A DNA stretch of 64,000 nucleotides, from positions 5,398,233-5,462,232 of the forward strand of contig OZ037772.1 in NCBI GenBank assembly GCA_964035545.1, in the 5' to 3' direction. Within the stretch, counting starts at the first letter, position 1. Each line of letters starts with the position of its first letter. Both the position numbers and the translations under genes were made by a program. A model generated the notes under the pieces. That model was not told the origin of the DNA and ran no database searches. It saw only the letters and a list, made by a program, of their open reading frames with translations. This document shows positions 11,763 through 35,695 of the stretch, piece after piece. The DNA is from Bugula neritina. Taxonomy: Eukaryota; Animalia; Bryozoa.

Positions 11763-14700
11763 AACTGTGTAGCTCTAGTAGCAGTGTGAAGGCACATCTG
11801 GTGATCGGAGACCATATAAACATATTTCTATAATCACAGCTGTTTTGATAGCTTTATAAGCAACATTATTATTTATTTAATTTCAATAGTCAATGTATAG
11901 TTGAGAATCAGCAGCAGAATATTTGAGAAAGTAATATTTGAATGTATCAAAGGATTATTGACTTTCACCTTCCACGAATTCTGTGAAACCTCATGAATTA
12001 CTGATGAAACTGTGGTTCAACATTACTCCCTGTTGAGTATTGGATAGTTCTATAGGTTCATGAACTCATGAATTAAACATCATAACTTTGATAATAAAAT
12101 AAAGTCTTTTAACATATTAATATAAAACAGCAGATAACTAAAAGCTATGAGGAGGGGCCCTACGTCAACATAGTATATTATCCCCCAGCACATGTGTAAC
12201 CTAGTTTGTTTGCGATTTACTCTTTATCAATGTTAATTTTTTTTATATAATATCTATGTTCTGCACACAAAGATTTAATATTTATTATTCAACAGAATGC
12301 ATAACCTACATGTATAGACTCAAGACTTGTGCTTGTTGACTTGGTTTTTTTATAAATATTTGGTTCAACTGACAAGTTTCACCAAATTTTTTGTTCCAGC
12401 TAGGAAATAATTAGGCAAGTAAACTCTCTTACCTCCTTATATTGTTGGCAAGTATAACTATATAGATGTTTTAATGATTTTGGAAACCTTACAGTTATTT
12501 GATTTCAACCCATTTACAAATATTTTGGCTCTCCACTAAATACAACTCGAGGGCTTTTTTGTGTATACACAGCTTGATATAGTTTCAGATGGTGGGTCGC
12601 TTGCTGACGATGCTGTCGTTACACTGAGCATCAGCGCATTATAAAACTGATACTAATTGTTGCTGCCTTCTATTGGTAACTGTAACGCGTTATAGAGCTG
12701 CCGGCACTGTTCACTAAGCTGGCTTAACTGAGCTAAAACAAAAGCCATGGGTGCAGCTTAGTACTTAGGATGGAGTCAAACTAAATGGGTTTATGTTCTT
12801 AAGCCATGAATTTATTGTATACATTCTTGCATTGAAACAAAATAAGCTGATTCCAAAAGATAAATCAAATTAACATAATATAGCAACCGATAACTTGAAT
12901 TATTAAGTGGCAAACTAAAAATTTCCTTTATAATCAATAACCTGGCTGATTAAACCCACAGCATGTTTTATAGCTACTTTTCCTTACTAATCAGTATGCA
13001 ATAATTATACTGAAACATGCACATATGACTCCTCCTTGTTATCAGGACTGGGAATCATATTATGCTAATGTTTTGTGTCTTAGTAAAACATTGCTAAGAA
13101 AGAAATAGTTGTTTACAGAAGTCATAAATGGTAAAAAAGTAAATTGTTACTTTAAAGAAGTAATCCCTAATTATATGTTTTATGAGTATGGAAATGCAGC
13201 AGACTTAACTATAATAATTATATTAAAAGCTAAAATGAACCATGTGTTATCACTCACTTATAAGTATTTTATATTATGGGCGTCATATAAGCACCAGGTG
13301 AAACTTTTATCACCAGTGGTCAACATTGGACATGGTAGTGATTTCATTTTAGAAATATACATTATAATACATTATTCAAAAGGAAGCTGGCCTCATAAGT
13401 TGCCTTACACTATGTTATAAATATCGATGTCAGATAATTTCTTTTCTCACAGAAGGTGATTTCTTTATGTAAAAAACTCAGTTTCACAGAGCTTGATATA
13501 ATCACAGTCTCTTACCAGATATTTTACATCATCTCTAATCCTTGTTTAGCAGGGCTGCAGCAAAATCTGGTGTTTAATTTTGCATGTATAATGGTTTTTA
13601 TACTCAAAACAATATGTCAAACTGTGAAAAACTATTAGATACATATTTAAAAAGATAAATACTGGAGTCCTTCATGGTTGAGATGGTAAGATGCCACACA
13701 AAGTTTATGACCTTGACAATTCGCGATGTCATGGCCATGTTACATGTATTTTATAACAGTCCTAAATGCCAGATGACTCTTATCACACTGGTAAACATTA
13801 CACAAACTTAAAGCAAATAAGGCCTTATAGGGGAGCAATGAAATTCCCTAATTAAAGTTTTTGGGCAAACCAAATAATAAGAGTGATAGGACTACAATTA
13901 TGGTCAAGTTGGTAATTGTGCCCCACATAGTCAACGTAAAAACAAATGTGTTATAGCCCAAAGAAATTGTATTATAGCATTTTCTATTATACTAGGTAAT
14001 TAAGGCAGATACAAGCAATGATAACAATATTAGTAAAAAACTAGGCGTGTAACCTTTGAGCATAGAAAGTTAAAAGTTTGGATGACATCTTAAAAAATTG
14101 CAAAAGTTGTTAAAATCAGATTTGGACTCGCTTCTTCAACATGTAAGTTCTCCAAGAGCTGAAAAGACAATGGCTGAAAAGTTGTATGAAATTTTTATGA
14201 AGAAAAAATCACATACTGAATCGATAATTTCTTTTACAATTTGAATGACTTTTTATACCAATATGACCGATGTTCCCCAGTTATTCTTACTTTCTAATTT
14301 GACATTTGTGCTTTTTAATATTTACGTTCTTGCATTAATTATGCATTTCTATATGTTTATGTATGTGGTTTTTAGATTTCAATTGTGAAGGTGAATAGTT
14401 AATACAATAAAGTAAACAATCAGCAGTAATAAAAAATCCTAGCATCTGGTTGAATCAATTTTTTGAGTAGTTACTAACAGAAGGTATTTTAAGAATAAAT
14501 TCAACTGTCGGGCATTCATAGTTCTTTTCGAAAACTTTTCAATTTATTGTATATAATTTTACAACTTCAAGAAGAAAGACTTCTGAAATATAGTTTGCAA
14601 ACTTTGCTGTGTGCTTCATATGATTTTACTCATTCAATCATTATATTCAAATTAGCTTTTTGTTACCACGAAATAGGCATAATGGCTTCAGTCATACTAA

Positions 14701-15299
14701 CAAACAACAGCTGAAACCTTGTATATTTATTCAGCTCTAAAAGCAATCTCAACACACTAACTCTTTGAAAAGGTTATCACCAACCTAAGTGTATTTTGCA
14801 GGTATCATAAACACCAAGTGATCTTTTATCACACTCGGTAAACATTAGACATGGCTTTAAAGCAGATAAGGCTAAAAAGGGGAGCAGTAAAATTCCCTCA
14901 GTAACATTTTCAAGTTTCCACTGCGGAGCAGTTTCTACTTGAATAATCAATTTCAGTTTGGAGTTGTTAGGGGAAACTTGTAGAAAATCATTTACTTTCA
15001 AATTTGACAGTCATCTATATTCACTCAACTCAATTTAAATCAACTAACTTGAGTTTATAAGTGATTACTAACTTCTGGTGAGTTTTACAGTTCTAGTTAA
15101 AGCAACTGCATGGTATTGTTAATCTTTATTTGCCAAAGTTTCACAGTTAATTTCCTTTCATCATTATTTTGACTTGTGAAGAGTATCAGTAACTACTTAA
15201 AACTAGCACCACTGTTGTATGTTTGCTGGCCACTACAGGTGTGGGTTATAGTGTGTGTTTTAATGCACTGCTATAGAACATAACTCTGATAATTAGGGT

Positions 15300-15708
15300 T
15301 GTGGGTGAGAAGCGAGTATTAGTTATGGTTGAAAGAAAATATATATTTAAAACACTAAAAACAACTACATCAAGGTGAAAAGTACAACAAGACAGAGATT
15401 TATACGGGAATGAGCTTTGTAACAAGTCTAAATATAGAGTTAGTCTGGGCGCACCAAAGGTCCTTCTTATAAGAGCAAGCTGTGCTCTGATTGGCCGGTA
15501 GGTTCCGGCCTTATAGAGACTGTGACAGCTGTCGTGGTACCCTGCACAACTTTTTACAGAGAGTGTGGTATTTTACAGAGTTAGCTCAAGCATAACGAAC
15601 GGGTGTCATAGTAGATTTATGGCTATAATACAGTTACACCTATGCATAGACATATTTCATTATATATGTGCCTATTGGAAGGGGGGGGGTAACAAAACAT
15701 GTCCCACA
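15300..15708 (-). mobile_element. Possible solo LTR just upstream of the first TRIM coding exon
   Basis: ~410 bp bounded by inverted TGTGGG/CCCACA; minus strand has CCAATCAG followed by TATAAG; higher GC than flanks; no TSD recognised. Confidence 0.4.
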
Positions 15709-15928
15709 GCTATCACACTACAATTCCAAAGCTAAAAAATATTAAATAATAACTCACCAACAGTGTGGTTGTGAACGGGAACTACAGTTGTGTTATCAAA
15801 TTCACGTTTTAGTTAAACCATATCAGAAACTTGTTTATTTCTAAGTTCATCATTGTGATTATATTATTATGATGATTCTTACCAATATAAATTTGATTGT
15901 GTCAGCTTTTTGTAATATTTATAGAAAA

Positions 15929-25280
<9,352 letters not shown>

Positions 25281-26556
25281 ACAGTAGACTAATAAGCTGA
25301 GATATTCCAATAATGATCAGTAATTATTGTAGGGACTAGCTACCTTCCTACCTATCTACTGTAACAAGCTTTGAATTGTTTTTCCTCTACTCACACACTC
25401 ATTACGCCACATTCAATGCCATTATGTCATATCTGATGTTTTATTCTAGTAAAACCTATCCTATTAAGTGAACATCACATCTAAACCCTGTGAATGTCTA
25501 TAAGCCATCCAATGTTAAATTTATTTTCAACTTACTCAGATTTCTTCAAAATTCAGTTTTCCTGATACTTAAAAGTATTGCAAGCAAATTGTAACATATG
25601 GAGAAATGATTATTTCCAGTATTGTATTGATGCAAACACCATATTAATGGCATGCTTTTTAATGTCTAAATAATTGATTTTTCCTAAAACTATGAAAGGT
25701 CGAGGCCCTCCCTACCTCTAGTCAGATGTGTGGTAGAATTTGGTGCACATATGTATTATGTATCATTTCTACACATCGCAGGCTTCATATATTGATTTAC
25801 ACAAATTAGTTTATTTTGTTAAATGTATATTGTTAAAACTTTTAATGTACAATTTATAGGATATGCTAAAGGGATTTTCATCTCTACAAACTATCTATAG
25901 TTATAGACCATTAGCTGAATTTATCCCTTCACTACATAATAACTGCTCATTTCAACCTCTTGTTCACCAATTGACTTGGAACTCAGACTATAATTTAATT
26001 GCTTCTAACAGAATATTATGCAGCATGTTGTGTCTCATTAATTCCTAATTTCACACTTCTTTATTCTGGCACATTGCGTATAATCAAAGAATTTAGTCTA
26101 TTTTGTGAGCTACATATTTCCAGTGTGAATGGCACTTTTTAATTATACAAAATTTTGTTGATTTACATAATTTACTAGTATAGTACATGTTTCCGGGTGT
26201 TGCTTAGGAAATAGATGTAGCAATCTGCATGCCTATTACTATTGATCAAATAAAAGTGTTATGGTGTGAACTCAAAATAATAGTCTCTTTATTTTCTTCT
26301 TAATGTATTTTGGACGTAGTCAACTGAACAACACAGTGAGCTCACTCTCTAATATACTAGCAAAAAATTCCCACCAAAAGTTCATCTGATATTCGACCGA
26401 AATTCAGAGGAAATGGCAGAGTTCCAGTGCCAAAATTGTCCGATGTTCGGCTCGCATAAAGTATGCTATAAACAAACAGAAAATAGGAAGGGCAATGCAC
26501 AAATCACCACCTTATTCACTACGCTAAGAGCTTAGCTATAATTATACATTTTAAGT

Positions 26557-26866
<310 letters not shown>

Positions 26867-26908
26867 TAGCAGGATGGAATCAGGCTGAAATGGCTATTAT
26901 TCACTTAC

Positions 26909-27082
26909 TGGTGGTTAAAGATAACTTCATGAAGTAAATCGTCTCCTCAAAGTTTCCTTCTTTCAGCTCTACTACAGGTTCATCAAAGAGTCTGCAGGTC
27001 CTGTTTTTAAATTCAAAAGCACCAGGCAGATACTGACTGTAGAAATCACTGCATTGAGTCATACATTCTAGACTAGACCGAG
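26909..27082 (-). pseudogene. Orphan duplicate of the PAN half-exon of lectin C
   Basis: 174 bp, same length and splice sites (ttgcag / gtaagt) as 30828-30655. Reads CMTQCSDFYSQYLPG vs CMTQCSDLHSQCLSG (one Cys changed to Tyr). No partner exons recognised. Confidence 0.65.
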
Positions 27083-29105
27083 CTGCAATAAAATCAAGGC
27101 TCATTTAGCTGATGGGTTGTTATTTCTAATATTGGATGAACTTTATGATAATTATTTCATAACCAAAGCTCACGTTGAACATATTATTATTACACCAACC
27201 ACCTTTTTTAACACAATGACCCAATAGTCAACATAAATAGCATTCTGGAAATTGCCTAACACAACATAGAGTAAATTTAGATGTGACGGAATATTTAATG
27301 AAATACTTTGTCTAAAATTATAACTTGCATAGACTTTGAATTCTGACAATCAGTTTAAAGCAACATATTGCATCATTTGGCAGACTATTAATTTTTTTTT
27401 TGTAATACAGTCATAGTTACAAGATATACTTGTTAGAAAATACATGGAGTTTGTTTTTCAAGTTATAAGCTCGCTCTCAAATAGGCTATGTAAATTCGCT
27501 GCAAAACGACTCTAAAATGTGTTACATAGAGAGACAACTCCATTAAATAGCAGATAGAAAAATTTCTAAAATGTGTTACATAGAAAGACAACTCCATTAA
27601 ATAGTAGATAGAAAACAACTTTAAAATATTATGTTACATAGAATTAAAGCCAAAGCACTTATGAATTTGTATACTTGTATACTACTAAATAAATTACAGT
27701 CTGTCCTTTTGACACTTTCTATTCCTTAAGAGAGTTGAAGCTATTATATTTACTTCACAAATTTTACTATATAAGGCTGGAAATATCAATCAAAGTATTT
27801 CTTTCAATAAATAATAGCAAAAACGTTAGCTGGGGATTGAAAGCCAATTGTAACATATACTTTAAAAATGTATAGCAAGCTTTCAAGATTCAACCTTTAT
27901 ATTTCTCTTATTATATTTGTATAACTTTCAACAAATGTAGATAATGCAGACTTTGCAAGTTACAAATCTTGTCATAATAAAAGCAAGCATTACCAAAGTG
28001 TATGTGTTTTAAAACATAGGATAAGTAGTTTTAAACTTTAAAAAATTTTTCCTCACAGTTTTAGATTGCTAAACTTAAAGACTGTATGTAAAAAATAAAC
28101 ATTGACATTAACATAAGCACTTCTTATTACTGACTATTTATGTAGATTATTCTATGTTATAAATTCAGTGCAAACTCTGTTATTTAGAAATTCAATTATT
28201 ATATAACTTTAATAAATGAAATGCTTCCAAAACCTGTATACTTGAAACATCTTTAATTGCAAAACTCACTTTCTTAAGTCAAACCTAACTGTCTCTCATA
28301 TAAGATCAGAACCTGTTAAATATATATAGGTTGCAGTTATCCTATTATGGTATTTTAATTTGACAATTCAAAATTTGAATTCAAAGCTTAATTTCAATAA
28401 CCAGTTTTTTTTCAGTTTGGTATTGATTAATGACCCAACTTGTACCTTTATGAGTGTTCTTCAAACCTCATGTTTGTAAGTGATGGACTTCTTCACCTCT
28501 ATAAGCAAGGTTATTAGAGTTGTCAAAACAAAGACAAAATATAAAAAACAGTTTTTCTATCTATCACTAAAGTCCGTTCACTTTCACGCACTGTATAATT
28601 GCTACCAGATGATGGTATTTTATAATGCTGCATGTATATAGAAATGCTTTTAATCCTAAAATCAATTAGAATTTCATAGCATTGTATCACCAGACTTTAT
28701 TTGTAGAGAGCACTTCACTATTTGCCACAAAATAATGATAAATAATTTTAACCTATTGAATCAAAAACATTGAAAAAACTTTGTGCATGAAAATAAAATA
28801 TCAGATCGCTGAATCATAAATAAAAAAAATTGTTTTGTATGAAGCAGTGACTGAACATTACCTATAGTACCCTTCCTTGGCTAAAAACAATATCAGCCCA
28901 GGGTTTGCTTCAGATCTGAAATATAATATAATAGCCATGCAGACGGTGAAACTAATATTCGAGTAATACCAAAGAGTGAAATGCGTAATGGTTATATTGA
29001 GTTAACTATGTTTGGACATCTAAACAATTTATTCAAAAATATTTAATATTGTCTCGCAGACTAACATTTTAAACATTGTACTACTGTTTGTTTATTATTC
29101 CAAGT

Positions 29106-31415
29106 TTAGAAAATGTACAGTCCGTGAATCTCTAACTCATAGATGTTGAGAGCTTCATCCACTTCCACAGCTGTTACTCTCACGTATCTACCGTACATTC
29201 TAGTAGGACATGTAACCAGAAATATATCTGCAGGCGGTTGTCCAGGAAGGTAGTCACATATCTCATCTTCTGGTGGATTATCAAAGTTAGTGTCAGTTTC
29301 ACCAACTGCTACCCTCACATTCGCCAGTCTGTCATTGACTGCTATAATACAAGGCAAGTTATTAAACTAACTGTATTATTGAGCTAACTTCTGCATGTAA
29401 TACAACTATATGAAGTAAAGTAAAACCGTTATAGAAGTTTGATTTTTTCTGGCAAATACTAGACACCAGTTCCAACAATTTTTGGGTCTGTATAGCCCTA
29501 TTTAGCAAAAAACTTTCTACAGACGTTTCAGCACAAAGATAGTGACTATAAATGAGCGTAAGAGTTAGAGTTCAAACAGTTGTTGGATTAGTGCCAAACC
29601 ATTTTACTTATTAAAATAAAAGAGATTTTATGCAACATTTTACATGATAGAGACAAATATGTTGGATAGTTATACCAGTGTTGTCTTTTTTAGATCTGTC
29701 CCAGATCTTGACACCCTCAACATAGTGGTTGGTGGTCAGATCCACTTGTATCCATGGAGACAGTTCTTGTTCCGTATGTGCCAAACTTTCAATATGGTCC
29801 TTTTGAATGTTAGAAGGAACATAAATACCATCGATAGCTTTAGATACTGAGTATAATTCAGAGTTGCGAACGCTACTTAAAGCAGCTTGTTTGTCTGCAA
29901 TTCAAGCATTAAAACACAATTTTTTTAGTTGTTAAGACTAATGATAAAAAGTTGCTTGTAAATAGTACATGATATTTTGTTCAAAAACCTTGCTTTTTTA
30001 TTTTAGCGACAAAAAAAAATTTGACGTATATTTTTATAAAATAAAATGTTCAGTTTAGAACAGTGCCGAAAAATGATTTATCTTTACTATTAGCAAGATC
30101 AGTAGAGAATCCATAAACTACCATCTTATCAGAGACCACCTTCTAAACAGAACACAGTCTACTAGTCTGCTCTGTGTTGATTATCACTTCTGGTTTATCA
30201 GACAGGAAACAGGTTGATATATTCTTGTCATATGACACAGCAACACATGATTGGTTACAGGAGCAGAGAGACAGACAGAACTCATGACTGGACGTTATTC
30301 TCTGCTGGTAATGTATTAGCACATCAGAAAATGTCTGGTTCAAAAGTAGTCTTTCATCTAAGAAATTGTTTTTAAACAGATGCTTGTAATCAACTAGCAT
30401 ATTATTGTTATATATAGTTTTGCTTAAACCTGATTTCGTTTAATAACTTAATAGGTTTATATGCAGGTTTTTTCTGATCAATAATTATATGAATTTACAT
30501 GTAAGTAAAAAAATGAGATAAAAGTTTTTTGTAGCAAAAATAAAATGTTTAAACCAATGACTTGCTGGACCTAGCTATTGCCAATTTTTTTCCGCATTTA
30601 TACCAAGCTTACGGCTTTTGACTAATTGCATGGATGATAGTCATTTGTACTTACAGGCCACGTAAGATATCTTCATGAAGTAAACCATCTCCTCCGAGTT
30701 TCCTTCTTTCAGCTCTACTAGAGGTTCATCAAATAGTCTACAAGTTCTGTTTGCTGATTCAAAGACACCAGACAGACACTGACTGTGGAGATCACTGCAC
30801 TGAGTCATACACTCGAGAGTCGAGCTAGCTAAAACCAATTTGTTTCATAATGTATTTATAAATGGTATTTCGCTGTTCTAATTAAAGGTTAAGTTTATAA
30901 TGAGCATTTTATAAAGTCACAATATCAATAGCCTATATTATCACATTGATCAAAATGTTAAATGTCAAAATGATTATAGGTAATCGAAAGCAGCATGCGC
31001 TGTCAGCTGTGAATACACCCTGATCAAATCACTTTGGATATATAACTGTGTGTTTACAGTATATTGTATTATCTATGTATTTCTAAGGTGTGCATGAACT
31101 TCACATTCCTTACAAGAATCCACTATGAGGCATTGCACATTACACCGGAGAGTCACCTAAAAAACTGTTGCAGTTGCAGTGTTCTTTTAAATGTCTTTTC
31201 TATTTGTGTCATCTTGTAATGTGCTGCGGCAAAAATATTCACACTTCCTTACCTTTCCCAGCTTGTGTTGGTTCAGTCTCTTGAAGCTGCGAATAGTTCT
31301 GTACGTTGGATATATCTTGCATGCAGTACATGCTTTGAATTTCATTTTCTATAGCTGAGATTAGAGCCAAATACAAATTAACAAGAGGAATTATTTTATC
31401 AAGATGCAGCGCCAT
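29106..31415 (-). pseudogene. PAN-PAN-F-type lectin paralogue C with in-frame TAG in second PAN exon
   Basis: Exons 31415-31253, 30828-30655, 30357-30088 (270 bp, as in paralogues; TAG at 30145-30143 in CSV*KVVSD where paralogues read SVK), 29894-29676, 29341-29106; all phase 1. Confidence 0.75.
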
Positions 31416-33170
31416 GTTTACATGAGAAATGGTGTGTAATAACTGAAAATGTATGCACATACTATTTACTCCTAGAAAACATAATATGGCATATCCTGAT
31501 GTTGTATGCCACTATTTTTATAGATCAATAATACCCTGGGGACATGGAATGGAATTGATTGAACTGTTCAAATGATGGTACTAACTTCACATTCAACTAA
31601 GTTTATTTTAGCTAACTTATTAACAAAACATCATAACATATGCCAATTGAGTAAACATACAGCAAATTAATCTTTGCAATTATTTTCTTTTCCCTACGTT
31701 TTGTAATTTGATATGTTTAATTCTTTAAACAGTTCCAATAAATATCACTTGGCTTTTTTGTTTGAGCCAACTTTATTAATTAAACAAATCGCTGCTGACT
31801 TTATGTTACAATTGATCAGCAACATTACTGTAGTCAAATGCTATTCTTGGTACTGTAAAGAATTATTGATTAAAATCTTTGAAAAATATTCTGTCAGCAG
31901 AGCAAACTAAAATACTACTTTAACTGAGCTGAGTATCTGAAAGTCTGGAACCGTAAAACAATTATTAGAACTTTTTACTGAGCAAAGTTTCTATAATAAA
32001 CTGAGCTTTAAACGATGAATTGAAAAAACACTTCAAATATGAAACATTGCATGTAGAGGCATTTTCATGACTTGAAGTTTAAAATGCAATGGCCATACAA
32101 AAGCAATTTTTAATGCATCAGCTTTATTTGCTATCATTGCCTATTCCGTTAAACTAATTGAAACACTGGCACATGTACAGTTGTGGTGACTCACTCAATA
32201 TAAGGAACTTGAATGAATTAGAAAAGAGATGCAATGTTTATAAGATTACAAGGTACTGAATTACAACTTTTTATTAAAAGTGAACAAGTGTTACACCAGT
32301 TGGCATCTAGCAGTAAATCACTTTGTGTGTACTTCCTTTTAAAAGTTTGTCACATTATGCAAAGAACACTATGATCTAGGATACAGTTATTAATGGCATT
32401 GATCAATATAAATAATGTAATTGTAGAAATGCTAAAATATAGAATATAAAATGAAAACTAAGATGCCATGCTGCATGTTCCTAAACAAGCTAATTATATT
32501 ACTACACAGATTGATTTGCATATAATGAACTGAAACATGAAACATTAGTATGCTCATAACTCTGTATTTTCATGATTTCTTGTCTTCTGATATCAAAAAC
32601 AAACATCAATTATATTTTAGTCATTCACCAATCTATTACAGTGCATTACCATACAAGCACTAGAGATCAGCATTGATTAGCGGAAATTCCAATTTGCAAA
32701 CTTTAGATTAAATTTCTGAAAGCGTATACTAAGCATCATTTAAAATGTTTGCTATGTACTTCATTACACAAGATCGCAGTTATATATTTACGAATGATTG
32801 ATTTATGAAATGAGACAGTCAAATAATACCAGAATAATAGTAGCCTATATAGAAGCCGCTTAGTAAAACCATGCAATAAGAGCAAAGTTTTTATCTGGTA
32901 TTGTTGAGTCTGAAGAACTTAGGTATACCGAAACACATACATATTGACTAATATATACTGAATTAATGTTTTATACTTAAGTTTAATATATATTCTAAAA
33001 ATAGTAGTGCCATGAAGCAGTGCTCAATGTATGTTATCTATCATAATATAATATTTTAGATTTCGATTTGCATGTCGTCACTGATAGTAAAATGAAAACA
33101 ATTAGACCTAGAAGTTCCTGCTGAGTAAGTGAAAACCCAATTTGCAACTACGATAAAGTATTTAAAAAAA

Positions 33171-33374
33171 GGAGCAGTTGTAGTCCAGGGATTAAAGCGT
33201 TTGCCTAGTAAACATGAAGTCATGGCTTCAAACCCGGACAAAGGCTATTGGTGATGTTAGGAAGAGCATCCAGTCATAATTAATCCTGTGCCTCATTTAA
33301 ATAAGTACTCAACTCCCTTTAACAAAAACCCTTCCCGTCAGAAGTTTTTTCACAGGGATAGCAACCATACACTT
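33171..33374 (+). mobile_element. tRNA-derived SINE
   Basis: Degenerate A/B-box-like head (TAGTCCAGGGATTAAAGCG...GGCTTCAAACCC) plus GGAAGAGCATCCAG core; three related copies in the window. Confidence 0.65.
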
Positions 33375-33720
33375 GCATGAAACAAAATATTGAACAGATG
33401 CTAAACATCATCTGCAATGGTTTGGCAGCTAACCACATAAGATGCATCTGTTTGCAATTGAGGGACTAAATGTATTTTTTTTGAAGACTATAAAAACAAT
33501 TTGCCGTCCATGCAAAATAATTGGAGTCACATAAACAAATCAAGTTTGTTTAGTGTTTTCTTTTATATTAAATTAATACTTTTTAGGATATGTTCTGTTG
33601 AATATGCATTTCATGTCATACAATTGTTTAATTTTTTTTACAACATTAGTCTTCTATTATTGTTGTAAATAGTTTTTTCTATTACATATTTAGAATAGCA
33701 ATTTTTACTAATCCATGTTG

Positions 33721-33893
<173 letters not shown>

Positions 33894-34266
33894 ATATATC
33901 TCACCTTTTTGTATTGCATAATATAATAACAAATTATAGAGTATTGAGTTATAATGTACAACCTAATAGGTATACTATATATATTCCAATGTGCATCATT
34001 ATAATTAACCCTATTATTTTGTTAAAATATATAGTGTACAATGGTAATAGAATAGAGTGAATAATAATTAACATAATATTATTTCTGTCTTAATATTAAA
34101 ATGTTATGCATATTACACATTTAAAAGTTCAACAGTTTATGTTAAATTTTGAAGTATGATTAACACATAAAATTATTATAAAACTTTTACAGCATGAAAA
34201 TATATGTTGAAACAATATTACAGTGTTGCTACAGTGCTAAAAGTAAACTATAATAAACTACTACAG

Positions 34267-34470
34267 AGAGCAACCGTTGTCTAGGGGTTAGAGTGTTTGC
34301 GTAGTAAGCTTAAAGCCATGGGTTTGAGCCCAGACAAAGGCCATTGGTGACGTTTGAAAGGGTATCCAGTCACAATTGCTTCTCTGCCTTATTTCAATAA
34401 GTTCTTGGCACAGTTTTACAAAAACCCTTTTCATTAGGGGTTTTCTCACAGGAATGGTGACTATAAACTT
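34267..34470 (+). mobile_element. tRNA-derived SINE (same family)
   Basis: Colinear with 33171-33374 (GGTTTGAGCCCAGACAAAGGCCATTGGTGA...GGTATCCAGTCACAATT...TATAAACTTGCATGA). Confidence 0.65.
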
Positions 34471-35194
34471 GCATGAGTTTTTGATGATAAACTACTACAT
34501 TGCAAACTGAATGAGGAAACATATATAACTGCTACAAATGTCAGTGATAAAAATACACGTTGATATAGGTTTACTGTAAGACCTTGCCTGCAATTTTTTT
34601 TAATTACAGAAAATATATGCTGCTCAAATAGAAAAAGACTACTATATAATAACATTTAGTTTTTCAATTCAGCTTAATATTAGTTCTTTGATTTTGTACA
34701 TATAATATACAATATTACATTAGGTCACAAAAATTAAAGATGTTCTAATTCTGTTTAAAAAAGATGACAACTGATTTACATTTATTCTCCAAGTGTTTGA
34801 AATTAGTCATATTTTTTCAAAACTATCCACACTTTTGCGCAATTACTAAATACTGCCAAAATGATTTAGGTATTTTGATAGCTTTTAGTAATCTTCAATA
34901 AATGAATTTCTACAAAAAAGAAGATTACATAACAAGACACTTAATAATTATTTCTTTATAAAAATTTTTACTTCTTTGAGATTTTTGCATTTGTTGTAAT
35001 AATCTTTATTTTCTAGCTGAAACGAATGCAAAATAAAAATTTTTGAAATCGGACCAATATTATAATATTGGTCCGATTTCAAAAATTTTAACTGCAAATC
35101 AATCAGTATAGAGAAGCAAATAAGATTAAAGCATTAACTAAAAATGTGAATTTTGTCACAAAGTGCTTTTCTGACTGCCTGGGTCACATATTAT

Positions 35195-35695
35195 CCAAGC
35201 AGCACGCTCAGATCAAAGATCAGACTGATGCGATCACTGGTCATCTCCATATTCCTGTACGCCTGTGAGTCATGGACACTGAAAGCAGATTTGGAGAGAA
35301 GAATACAGGCAACTAAAATGAGATGCTACCGCAGGCTCCTAGGCATCTCCTACAAAGAACACGTCACAAATGTTGAGGTACCGAACAGAGTCACAAACGC
35401 ATCGAAAAGATCTTTTGACTACTGTGAAGAGATAGAAACTGAAGTAGTCTGGGCATGTCACAAGATCCACAGAACTTGCCAAGACATTCCTACAAGGAAC
35501 TGTTCAAAGAGGGAGAAGGAGAGGCAGGCAGAGATAGAATGGGAGGACAACATCACAGACTGAACCGGAAAGACACTGAGCGACAACTTGATGAGGACAG
35601 AGAACAGAACGGGATAGAGAGAGCTGGTTGCAAAGATCAACAGCGGTGCCCCAACAATCGTTCCGACCAAGGGATAGATACAGGTACAGGTACAG
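35195..35695 (+). mobile_element. 5'-truncated, frameshifted RTE-clade LINE fragment
   Basis: KIRLMRSLVISIFLYACESWTL...RCYRRLLGISYKEHVTNVEV, then after frameshifts GHVTR...LQGTV...RGRQR...WEDNI. This is the typical post-RT C-terminus of RTE elements. Short tandem tail (GGTACA)n. Confidence 0.85.

Noticed and set aside
12700-12790. 5S rRNA-like stretch (CTTAGTACTTAGGATGGAG)
   Set aside because: Only a short degenerate box-C-like match; at most a SINE relic, not an rRNA gene
30143-30145. Programmed readthrough or selenocysteine at the lectin stops
   Set aside because: The stops are TAA/TAG at different positions in each copy, which fits independent nonsense mutations
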